From positions 295,753-359,752 of the forward strand of contig NMRA01000014.1 of the NCBI GenBank assembly GCA_002633005.1: a stretch of DNA of 64,000 nucleotides, written 5' to 3'. The position numbers were made by a program, and so were the translations under genes. Positions 12,518-23,859 of the stretch are shown in pieces. This DNA comes from Phoronis australis (taxonomy: Eukaryota > Animalia > Phoronida). The notes below the pieces were generated by a model. It made no database searches and was not told the DNA's origin. It saw nothing but the letters and a program-made list of their open reading frames with translations. The first letter of the stretch is position 1; each line of letters starts with the position of its first letter.

Positions 12518-13264
12518 TGTCACGTTTTCCCCGTGTGTGGGTGGGCGCAGGTTGTTACAGACCGGTGCTAATAGCTTTCGGTGCGAAGATTGACTGAATA
12601 CTGGTTCGAGTTAATCGTTTATTAATCCCGACCGTACGCTCACAAGCTTACTCAAACGAAACGTCCGACGTAATGTCTGTTTATGCTCCAGCCAGTGCTG
12701 CGAAGCCTTTGAACTTCTGAAATACTTCCAGCAACTGTTACACTCGTTGGTTCAATAGCCTGCTGTCTCTGTAGCTGGCTCTCTATTGACTATCGCTGTA
12801 ACTGCTGATTCTCTTCACTGCAACTCAACTGTAGTTCTCCTGATAAACTTTCTTGAACTGGCTTGATCTGACTTGATCTCCCAACTTGATCTTCTCAACT
12901 CACTTAATCTCACTAACACAAACCCGTGCTTGTGTATTTATATCCTGCATTGTTCTGAAACTTTTCATCAATTCAAGCACATTCTAGAACTTTCCTGAAT
13001 CTACCCAACCAGTCTACAAACATGTACTAGTCTCTAGAATATTCCAGACTGCATTAATCACTGTCTTCTAGAAAGTTCCACACTATACTGTAGTAAACAA
13101 ATTACATCATCACTGTTCTGACCTCAGTCTTCTAGAAAGTTCCACACTATTTTGTAGTAAACAAATTACATCATCACTGTACTTAACTCAGGGGTCATGC
13201 CAATCAAACAGAATAACAAAACAAAACAATACAACTAAAAATACTGTCAGACCATATTGTGACA
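12518..13264 (-). repeat. 5' LTR of the Gypsy element (~747 bp)
   Basis: TGTCA...TGACA termini. Colinear reverse-complement match to 37245-37970. Followed by the PBS. Confidence 0.9.
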
Positions 13265-13420
13265 TAAACTTTAACATTATCTCTTATAATTTCCTTAATG
13301 GCGTGTTCGTCCTGGAGGTAATTATTAGACATGACATATTTGTAAAATATCTTTTTGGTGACATCGGTCCGACGTGCAGGGACTTCATAGCTAATTCTGG
13401 ACACAAATCGCTTAATATGG
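13265..13420 (-). pseudogene. Probable Penelope-like retroelement fragment (RT to GIY-YIG linker)
   Basis: KKIFYKYVMSNNYLQDEHAIKEIIRDNVK resembles a motif recalled from invertebrate Penelope-like ORFs. Cut off by the Gypsy LTR. Confidence 0.4.
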
Positions 13421-14268
13421 AAATCTACAAAAGTACCAAATGGATACATAATACCAAATGGGTATTGACCGATTGCCTACCACGTGGGTCGAGCAAAACG
13501 GCAAATTCAAAAACAAGTAACAAATGGGTACAAACTGCCACATAAGCAAATACCATTTCAAGTACCAAACAGCCAATTGGGCTATAGGCCTAACAACCTG
13601 CAAAGCAGGTTCCAGACAAGCTGAGTGAGCAGACCAGCCGGAGTGATAAAAATTAGAAGGAACGTGGTGTTGCGGCTCAGTATTCAGGGTTGTTGATGGA
13701 TGAACAATCCTGTTCACCGCCACAACCTGCGTGGGGGCCGTTAAGTGTGTGAACCGTTTTCCTCCGTGTGGCAAATACCATGTAAACTCATGAAATATGA
13801 CGCCGCTTTCGTAATAGGTAACAATGGTACATTTCTCGCATGTGCATTCGACGTAAATCGTAACAGTTATATAAATGATAACAACTTCTTACATTTTAGG
13901 AGAGGCCTATTAACGTAAAATGTAACAGTTGTCACATTACAGGAAAATGTTACATTTTTGAGCGTATCAGTGCCTAGAGCTCGAACATCCAGTCGCTCCA
14001 AAGCGCAATCAACAGTGGAACTGTAAACGTTTTTTTCTCGATTTATGTACCAAATTATAGTTCATTTTATGGAACCATTGTAATGAATTAATACCCATTT
14101 AGCTAAAATTTTCCAAAATAAAAAAATCAGTGTTCAGAGGTAATTACTGAAAAATAAAACCATTTCATACAGTCTTTCTATATGTAAAAGCAACTACATG
14201 TACATAATGCAGGCTAGTCAATTAACTCACTTGACTTTATAAATGAGAAAGCCAATACCGTCAGGAAC

Positions 14269-14428
14269 CAGAAGCGGATTTAAGGGGGGACAAGGGGGCC
14301 ATGCCCTCCTAAAATTTTCCTCCTACATTCCATTTTTCAGTACCGGGGGATGCGAATGTCTGACGGGCAAACTTCTGGCTAATACTCTGCCCTGCCCCCT
14401 CCTAATCAAAATCCTGGATTCGCCCTTG
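14269..14428. mobile_element. MITE, CAGGGGCGGATCCAGG-type ends, 5-bp TSD
   Basis: CAGAAGCGGATTTAAG...CCTGGATTCGCCCTTG flanked by GGAAC/GGAAC. Confidence 0.7.
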
Positions 14429-14568
14429 GGAACGTCAGACTGCATTTTCGGTTTTCATAAAATCGACTGCGCCGCGAAGGTCTGACCGAAATGTTAGAGT
14501 ACTATACACCTAATTCACGCACTCAGGAAGCGCGCTTCAAAATGGGGCTCACTACCATAGCTCCATTA

Positions 14569-14860
14569 ATGGCTGATGGGCATAGTTTTGTTCAGGGCTG
14601 TTCGAACGGCGGCAATCCCCAAGGACGTTGGGATTCGGAAGCGTTTGGATGTTGCAATACGCCACGACAAAAGAAAAATATTCCCTGGCAAAATTTATAA
14701 ATGTTTTTGAAAAGTTTGATCATATTTTGTCGCATCCAGGTTGCCGAGCATCTTAGCAACTACCAGTGAACCTTCGGCCAGGCAGGTTGTGTTTTCATGA
14801 CTACGGGTTGAAACACGATGCATTTGTTTCCAAAAAGGACAGAGCCCTCAGTCCTTCAAT
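14569..14860 (+). pseudogene. THAP relic
   Basis: VQGCSN.../PKDVGIRKRLDVAIRHDKRKIF...EPSV fits the THAP pattern C..GCSN..FPKD...RK.W..AIRRD...PSVF. Frameshifted. Confidence 0.45.
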
Positions 14861-16529
14861 TTTGGTGCGGAATATTGGCCTTATTCCGCTCTCAAAAATA
14901 TTGAAAATCACGCGAAATTCCCCTCACGAGGCCTAAAAATTCCCCAACAGTGACTGAAAATTTCCCTTCGAAGTTCAAATCACTTGTAACTACACAGTTG
15001 ACAATTTGAAAGAGCACAAAATGCTACTTGAGACAGAGCCTATGAGAGCTTGAAACAGGGAGGGGGTGATATTGATGGTGATCAGAAGGCACAGGCACCT
15101 TCCCCTCTGATGAACGAGGCTCCTGAAGGAACACGATAACTATACTTCTACTGCCCAGTTAATTGAAATTAAGCTCTAAAACGAGATGACTTATTGTTTC
15201 AGGTTAGGTTTTGAACGAACTAACTAGATGTTTTAATTTTAGAATTATGATTTCAACTTTGTCCAGATTGATATTTGAAACCTAACATGTGAAATAGATG
15301 TAAGAATAATTAAAACTAAGATAGCAGATTGGTTTTCAAATATTTTTTGCTTCAATTACCAGCCTGGTTTTCTATTTTGATAAAAATAATGTTAATAACA
15401 TCAATCATTCCTGCAGATTCATGGCAGGTTAATCTTAGTCTCAGTAGTCCCTAACTCACTACCAGGACTTAGGCTACGCTTGATGTTAATATTCTTGACC
15501 AACAAATTAAATCAGCTATGACTTACACATGGCAGGAAAATGCGAAGAGCCACCTTGTCAAATAGGCCTACATGTATATCTTCAACTAGTCCAGAATAGG
15601 AGCAGATGACCTGGTTTGTGTAGGAAGCATTTTTATCAACAACTGACAAGAAGAAAAGTAACTCCGCATTCAGCACATATACCTAATCCGTAACACGATT
15701 GCCCCAATTTGGTAATTTATTATTTACTTTTCATGTTTCGAAACTAGTTCTCTGAAAACTTACAACCTTTCGTCCTACAACTCTTTGGTTCATTGACTTC
15801 TTCTCGAAATACCATCCATTTAACTAACGCAATGTCAACTCCCTCTTTGTTTAGGTGGCACTAAACAGTTAGGCTGTGGCCACGGCCAATTTGTACTCCC
15901 AAATATTAAAATTTTGGGGTAGGCTAAGTTTGATGGCATTTTGTAGGTAAGCATTGCATGTAGGCTCAGTGAATGTGGTTTGCTTGTGTTTGTGAACATG
16001 CTGAGAATAAAAAGGCCACTTGTGCGGCTGTAGCTGCACTCTTCTTCAAGATGGTGAACCCCTGCTGCATTTGTGCATTGTAGTGTAGCAACTGAGAAAT
16101 TGTTAGTCCTCAAACAAGCCAGATTTGCAAAAAAAGAACTAGTTGGTTGACAATACTTTTGAACTACATTTTGGAATCGGTAGGAAATTTGCTTTCGGAA
16201 TCTAATGTTGGCTTTAGTCGAGCCTCGGCTGGGAAGTGGTGGTTTTGGGGTGAAATGTGCCGATTTTGCATCTTTTTCCCTATTTTTCTTAGTCTAGTTT
16301 GGTTTTCAGTGGGAGTAAAAGTGTCAAAAATACAAGAAGGGATGAAGTTTCTGTTTTCATCTGTATGGCTTGTGATGTGAAATGACTCAAAACTGTTCTT
16401 TATTTGCGTGCAGTTTTTGACAGAGTGAAGCAAGGGTGAAGAGTTCAATGATGTGTGTTTTGACAGGCAAGCACCTGTGAGAACTGTTCTGTGCCTCCTT
16501 ATGGCAGTGAGCCTCGCTTTGAGTGTTAA

Positions 16530-18178
16530 AGAAGAATCCCACCATATCTAAGTAGTTTTTTACCGTCTTAATCGGTCTATATCTACATCGCCTCTTATAC
16601 GGTCGCCCTTACCTTGCCAAAAGGTGTCGCGTTAACCTTTGAGGAAGGTGAGAAGCGACGCGGCGACGTCAGTGGTTCGTCTGCAGAGCGAATGCCGCGA
16701 TATTGCGGTGCATCGGTTCCCACTACTTCGAACTATGAAGCTGCGAAGAAAGCGGGTATATCGTTTTTTAGACTTCCTCGAGAGCCCGAAATGCTTAGGA
16801 AGTGGCTCGCGGTAGTGAAGAATGAAAGTTATGCTGTTAATAGCAAGTATGAGGCCGTGAAATATCTCCGTTTCTGTGGCCGGCATTTCGTCGACAGTGA
16901 TTTCTCTGACGAATTCCGGCTTACCAAAGAACTATCCATACGTTCCGTTCCTATGCATGTTCACGGCGCCTGTCTAGTATTTCTTGATCAGTATATTCCG
17001 GTTCGAACTGATAGCCTGTGAAACCTAACAACCCGTGAAGTCTTCGTCGGATGAGCTCTTGACTAAGTCGGGATTGGCGCCGGGCGAGTTGCCATGTAGA
17101 CGTTTATTATTCTGTGTTCTGTTTCCAAATGAATTATTCTCATCCTAAAATGATCCTAACCAATGCTTATATGAAACTGAAATAAAGTCTTTCTCATTAG
17201 ATACAATGTGTAATGCCTTGGAGTGCTCGTGAGTGCAAAAGTTTTGAGAAGCCAGCAATGACTAAACTACTGAGTTAGGCTACCGGCTTTTGATGCTGGC
17301 ATTGATAGGTAATTGACCGGGCACCGAGACCGTGTGAGCGCATGATAATTCAGCGTTTGCTGACAGAAGCTGTTGTGAAACATTTACTCAATTTTATATG
17401 CTATTGTCACATATTAGGGAAATCTTTATTTAGAAATACAAATAGTTCAAATCGTTGTTACTGCACAACCTTTGCCCTGAAGGTTTGTGGAAGGGGAGCT
17501 TCGCGGCCCCCGACAAGTATGTAGATTTCCAGTTTCGTGGCTAATTCACATAAAGTATACGTGCACATTATTTCTTTGGCTCACTATTATAGTGACTGGA
17601 GGTTTAGTTTCCAACTCAAGCTGGTTTATGTTCGTGCCAGTCCCGGCGGCCGCGACGGGCCTGTTCGGGTTCCGAGCCACTGGTCGGGATAACAAGCGTT
17701 TTGTGTGTTTAGAAGTAAAAAATCACATGTATAAACAACACAGATCTAAGTTCTCCTGTCTGTATTTCACGGAAGAATACTTCAAATTTATCTCGGAACA
17801 GACCTCAAACTCCTACTACCGCATTACCCTTGGTAAATTGGCCTGCCGAACTTTGTAGGCTACGGTGTGTCCAAATACCAGTAAATCCGTAACAGCGAAA
17901 TAAAAGAAAACACGCCTTTGTAAGACCTCGGTGTATTTTTAAGGGTTTTACATCGAAGTTTGATGATTTATTGGTGTTAAACGATGAATTCAAGCGATAA
18001 GCTGACACCACTAACCCCTGTTGTGAACTGCTCAACACACTGCGTGTGAAACCAATTACGTCATTGGATAATTTCAACACCTCCGCACCTCAACACGCAA
18101 CCGAACGTGCCGTTATCGAGTAGAACTATTCGATCTAAATTGATACAAAATAGGTTGTTTTTTGGGTGGCATTATCCT
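16530..18178 (+). mobile_element. Internally deleted Kolobok-like DNA transposon
   Basis: Flanked by TTAA (16526-16529, 18179-18182). Ends AGAAGAATCCCACC vs reverse-complement AGGATAATGCCACC (11/14). Contains a THAP relic near the left end. Confidence 0.6.
16692..16960 (+). pseudogene. THAP domain relic within the Kolobok-like element
   Basis: MPRYCG..GISFFRLPREPEMLRKWL..LRFCGRHFVDSDF..SVP: FxxP, W, CxxHF and AVP-like box. Second Cys is missing. Confidence 0.8.
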
Positions 18179-19494
18179 TTAATGTCGCAGCGTAAATTAG
18201 AAGTATTGCGTCTCAACTGTAAACGCAGTTGCAGAAAACTGCCTAGCCCGCCACCTAGAGATTGAAGTTTTGCCCTGAGCTACCACATGTGTCCTTCCAG
18301 CTGCTCGGTTGGCCTACGCATACCTGAAACATTTACCGGAGTTAAATACCAACAGGAGTTTGAAAGCAGTAACTGCGCAGACACGAACTTTATTAAAAAC
18401 ACCTATATATAAAACATCTTCATGAGACCTGTCAGACAAGTTATCTATTGTCGTGCATTCGATACTAGAGTGGCGATGTGTCGATACCTTGGTTTGTTCT
18501 TGTTGACGGTGCTAACGGTGAGGATTTTGAATTTAGCTACATGGGCTCATCATTCCACTTGGAAATCATACAATTTTTGAACACTTTTATTACCTTCAGC
18601 TTGAGCGTACGCTTTTGACCTTCAGTTGTTTTGTAGTAGCTTGACAAAAGTGAGTCTTTTTGGGTACACTCGATCTTCTTTTGCAGTGCACAGGTAGGCA
18701 CGCGAAAATTGAGAAATTGGCAGCTTGAAGCAAAATGTCAATGTTTGAAAATGAATATGAAGCGCATTCATATAGTAGATGCCTCGATAATCCAACTTTT
18801 AGTGCGTTCGCGCAACAAGTGTTTGTTTTTGTGTTGGAACATAAACTATCATGTGCTTTCATGGTACCTGGCTCCATTGGCTTCACGGTTTTTAAGCAAA
18901 AAAAAAACAAAACAAAAAACAAACAAGAGTTCTAGTTTTCCACCATTTTTGAATGCGCATGAAATTCTGATAGGAGTGACTGTTAAATCGTCTCAAATCT
19001 ATTTTATCTTAATTTGAATTTTTTGAATCTCATTCTGATTTTGGTGACGGTACATGTAAAAGACCTTTTTTGTAAATGTGGGATTTATGCTCAGTTGAGG
19101 CCTAGGATTAAGACAGGTATTCGAAAAGTGGGAACAAGTAAAAGACTGGACTTCTAAATTGCAGTTAATTAGAAGTCCGGTGCCGGCTAATCAGACAACA
19201 TACCCGCCAAACTGGTACCCAGACCTGTTATCCACACCCCCAAACTCCACACACGCACTAAAAATGCTCCAAACCAGTAGTTTTAACTCCTTGCAACGGA
19301 ACTGGATTTCATAGTAGCACCTATAGTCTGCGATCGAGGCGCGTAGATGGAATTGTTTCCGACCATTGGTATTGGCCTATAAAAAGATGCGTAGAACTAT
19401 ATTGTACAAGCGTCAAATAATACATGCACACCAAGTGTATCCGATTTGCAATAGATGCTGTCAAGTGGTAAAAAAGACGTGCATTCTCCTACAG

Positions 19495-19661
19495 GTGCTG
19501 GCTAGCAGCTCCGCCTGCAAACTGAGAACAACGATCGTAATCATTCCTGTGTTTCAACCATGTACGTATCGAGTGTGCCTAAACATAACTGACAACAGGA
19601 CGACAGCGGAGAAGGACGCTCCTCCTTCGCGCAACGACCCTAAATACTGGATGGTATACAA
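19495..19661 (+). CDS. Exon A of a putative Cys-rich secreted protein (upstream exon not identified)
   Basis: Acceptor TTCTCCTACAG, open frame VLASSSACKL...KYWMVY, donor AA|GTAAGT (phase 2) compatible with exon B. Confidence 0.6.
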
Positions 19662-19749
19662 GTAAGTGCTATTGGACTATGAATCATGCGCGCACCCAGG
19701 GAGACTCCTCGAAAGAGCCCCCCCCACCTCCATTTGGCAAAGTGGGCAA

Positions 19750-22700
19750 AAAGCTTTTACTTAAGTGATACAGTGTACATTACGGAGAGCATTTATATTC
19801 ATGGTGGTTCAACCAATTGCCTATCAAGTTCTATTGATCACATGGATATGACTCAAAATGCACCGGATTGACCCGAAATGGGTCAAGGGGTGCATTCCAT
19901 CAAATTGCTTCTTCTCTTACAGGTTTTTAGGTAGAATGTCCGAATTTTGATAACTAGCAGGCACTACAGTTGTGCATCCGAAATTTACGTGGCATTTAAA
20001 TCGGATCAAGGGTACCGAGTTTTCGGGTAAAAGGTCATTAAGTGCAAAAGTGATTTTTTAGCTAGACCTTACATGATCACGTATATAGTTTTCTTCGTAA
20101 AGAAAATCCAGTCACAATCTTTGGGGTCATTAGGTGCAACTGTGTGGTCATTAGGGGCAGATTTCCGTTGATATTCTTACTCTTCACTCTTGCTCTTTCA
20201 CACAAAGGATGAAACTGCTAAGCAATGTAATGCCCCTATACTTCACTATGCACATGCATACACCACGCGAAGAGTTGTAAGTGCGCATTTGCAAATGCTT
20301 TCTAGTTATTCTTATTCTTCTTTCTTCCTTTTCAGATTGTTAGTACTTTTACTTCGATTCGCTAACAACTTTCATATTCACTGTGGTTCTTAGGTTCATC
20401 ATTGTTTTTTTCTGGTTATAATGGTTTAACCCAAAATGCACCGGATTGACCCGAAACAGGTCAATGGGTGCATTTTTACAAAATACTTCTTATTCTACAG
20501 GTTTTAAGATAGACTCTTCGAATTTTGGTAACAAGTAGACACTAGAGATCTACACCTGAAATTTACTTGGAATTCCAATCGGATGAAGGGAACTGTGTTT
20601 CCGGGTCAAAGGTCATTAAGTAAAAAATAATGTGATTTTTGAGCTAGACCTTTCATAATCGTGCATATGATTACCATTCATAAATTAAGTTCATTCACAA
20701 ACTTTGGGCTCACTAGGTGCAACTTTGGGGTCACTAAGTGCATTTTTCTGTTGAATTTAAGACTTTTTCAATCAGCTTGTACCTGTATGATGCATTAGGA
20801 AGAGCGTTCAAATTCATGGTGGTTCAACCGATTGCCTATCAAATTCTATTGATCTCATGGATTTGACTCAAAATGCACCGATTGACCCGAAACAGGTCAA
20901 GGAGTGCATTTGTGTCAAATTGCTTCTTCTTCGACAGGTTTTTAGATAGACTCTCCAGATTTTGATAACAAGCAGGCACTAGAGAAGGATATCCGAAATT
21001 TACGTGGAATTTAAATCGGATCAAGGGAGCCGAGTTTCCAGGTCAATGGTCATTAAGTGCAAAAGTGATTTTTGAGTTAGACCTTACATAATCACATATG
21101 TAGTTTTCAATAGTAAAGAAAATTCAGTCACAAATTTTGGGGTCATTAGGTGCAACTGTGTGGTCATTAGGTGCGGTTTTCCGATGATATACTTACTCTT
21201 TGCTCTCGCGCTTTCATAGTTACCAGGGACATCTCTCTCTTTCACAAAACGATGCAACATCTATACAATGTAATGCCCCTATACTTTAATATGAATATGC
21301 ATACACCACGCGCAGAGTTGTAAGTGCGCATACGCAATTGCGTTCTAGTTCTTCTTATTACTCTGCGTGTGCAAGCGCAGAGTTTTACTGTTCTACGTTT
21401 TTTATCTTCTTATTCTTATTTTTCTTATTCTTATTCTTCCTTTATTTTAAGATTGTTATTACTCTTATATCGATTCAGTTACAGCAATCATATTCACCGT
21501 CATTGATACGATAGATAAGGGATTTTTATTGATTATATTTTTTGACCCAAAACGCACTGGAATGACCTGAAACAGGTCAAGGAATGCCTTTTGTCAAAGT
21601 GGTTCTTCTTCTACAGATTTTTATATAGACTCTTTGAACTTTGCTAACAAGTAGGGACTAAAGAAGTGCATCAGAAATTTACACGGATTTCCAATCGGAC
21701 CAAGGTAACTGAGTTTCCGGGTCAAAGGTCAATAAGTGCAAAAAGGATTTTTGAGCTACACTTTTCATATTCATGCATACGGCTTCTAATCACAACGGAA
21801 GTTCAATCACAAACTTTTTGGTCATTAGGTGCAACTTTGGGGTCATTTAGTGCACGTTTCTCTTAAATTTCAGACTTTTTCAATCTGCTTGTTCATACAT
21901 TATTCATTATCGAGATGGTTCATATTTATGGTGATTCAAGCAATGACCAATCTAATTCTATTGATCACTTGGATTTGACTGAAAATGCCCCGGAATGACC
22001 CGAAACGGGTCAAAGAGTGCATTCCGTCAAATTGCTTCTTCTTGTACATTTTTCAGATACACCCTTAAAATTTTGATGGCAATCAGATACTAGAGAAGTG
22101 TACCCGAAATTTACGTGGAATTCAAATCGGATAAAGGGGACCGAGTTTCCGGGTCAAAGGTCATTAAGTGCAAAAACCATTATTGAGCTAGAGCTTATAT
22201 AATCAAGTATATACTTTTCATTCGTAATGAAAATTTAGTCATTAACTTTGGGGTCATTAGGTGCAAATGTGGGGTCATTTGGTGCAATTTTCCGTTGTTA
22301 TTCTTACTTTTCACTCTTGCTCTTTCACAGTTACCAGGGACATCACTCTCTTTTACACAAAATGATGCAACTTCTATGCAGTGTAATGCGTCTATACTTT
22401 GCTATGCACGTGCATACACCACGCGCAGAGTTGTAAGTGAGCATACGCAATTGCATTCTAGTTCTTCCTATTCTTATAATGCACTGGATAGGGTCAATTA
22501 GTGCAAAGGTCATCTACTTTTGAAAAGATTATTTCTCTTACGTTTTTCAAGGAATTCTCTTCAATTCCAGCACATTGGTTTAAACCTAACTCTCAATCAA
22601 ATAGCTTACTTTACTCAGCAATAGGGCCATCCAATCACAGAAAATAGGTCAAAGGTCATTGAGTACAAACTAAGATTTTTAGCTAGAAACTTTTATTTAC

Positions 22701-23080
22701 GTATCTGTTTAGTTAGTGCGATTGAGTTTGAATCATAAAGTCCCAGGTCATTTAGTGCAAACATGGGATCATTAGGTACATTTGTCTTCTGAAAATCAGA
22801 CCAATTCATTTATCTTGTATTCTAAAGTGCTTAAAGTAAGACTTCTCTGATTCTTAGCACTAAAAACAAATTTTCAACGAATTTACGGTCTTTACCTAAT
22901 CAGGGCTCGTAATGCACTGGCAAGGGTCTATCAGTGCAAAGGTCATCAAATTATCATCATGCCTTTTCTCCTATAGTTTTATAGAATTCGTTTTCACATT
23001 GATAGACGGGTTGTTGTCAGTAACTTTCCATAACAATTCTGGTAATCCGTACGCGCCGTGACAATAATCTTTCTATTTAT
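19750..23080 (-). mobile_element. Second family-A Helentron/HINE-like array (intronic)
   Basis: Units end in CACCACGCGCAGAGTTGTAAGTG...TTCTAGTT + (TTC/TTA)n at ~20307, ~21350 and ~22463. Hairpin CTCTGCGTGTGCAAGCGCAGAG at 21361. The last unit ends with the CCGTGACAATAATCTTTCTA type seen at 4-8 kb. Confidence 0.6.
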
Positions 23081-23472
23081 TGTCCTGTTGTTTCGGCCCT
23101 ATATAATTCCGCCCTGCAGTTCCCATGAAATGGATAATCTGTAAGACGTTTTTATTTTAAAGAAAACCACTTAGACAGCTTAGACAGAAGTGACAAGTTA
23201 ATAAAGAACAGAAAATGTCCAAAAACCTAGAGTTAGAGCTAAATTTAAGAGATGCTGTTTTTGGCCGTTTATCTGACATAACTCAGAAAATCTGTCTTAA
23301 GATTTCTTAACTTGGAATTCAAACTGCGGTTGTTTAGAGCAGCGAGATCAGGAAATTCAAGTTTGCTTTACAAACAAAATGTCTTGTTTGTAAGAAATCA
23401 GGAGGTATACCTCCAAAGCATTATTGGCTTTATGATTGGGATTTTACAGCAAATGCATTCACTATATTGCAG

Positions 23473-23859
23473 AACTTCGGAGAATCCATCGTGCCAGAAA
23501 TCCAAACAACGGTTTTCCATTACGTACAACACTCCCAACTCTTGCAGCGATGTAAAACTGTGTTTTGTGTTCGGAGAGCCCAGAGTGGTGAACGTAGTGT
23601 GCCAGCAGTTTTGTCGCTTCCAAGGTGTTACGTCTATTCAAAACACGGTGTCCGCCAACGTACGCATCCAACCAAACAAAGAAAACGCCCCAAACTGTGT
23701 AATTGCAGATGAAGGCTGTTCAAACCTAGATGTCACCAAAACCCTTACCCTGCAAAGGCTCATCTCGTTTCCTGTTCCTCCCATTAAATCTACACTGACT
23801 GCTACAGTTGCCACTATAAACACTCGTAACAGTCCCGCTGAAGTCAGATGCCAACTCCG
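23473..23859 (+). CDS. Exon B of the putative Cys-rich secreted protein
   Basis: Acceptor TATTGCAG|A (phase 2), 387 nt open with 8 Cys (within ORF 23312-23863), donor CG|GTAAGT (phase 2). Confidence 0.7.

Larger units (their letters stand above)
10603..13264 (-). mobile_element. 3'-truncated, internally deleted Ty3/Gypsy LTR retrotransposon (Gmr1-like order, integrase before RT)
   Basis: 5' LTR, tRNA-Arg-like PBS, gag N-terminus, then H2C2 zinc finger, integrase core and GPY motif. No RT/RNase H or matching 3' LTR seen. Confidence 0.9.

Noticed and set aside
10098-13264. Complete two-LTR retrotransposon
   Set aside because: The left segment does not match the 12518-13264 LTR and no TSD flanks the interval.
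15750-16100. Possible SWIM-like relic (CAAVAALFFK)
   Set aside because: Too degraded. Key ligands are absent and similarity rests on a few residues.
17258-17308. Candidate signal-peptide exon (..RLLMLALI G|GTAATT) for the orphan gene
   Set aside because: A phase-1 donor would give an immediate stop in exon A, and it lies inside the Kolobok-like element.
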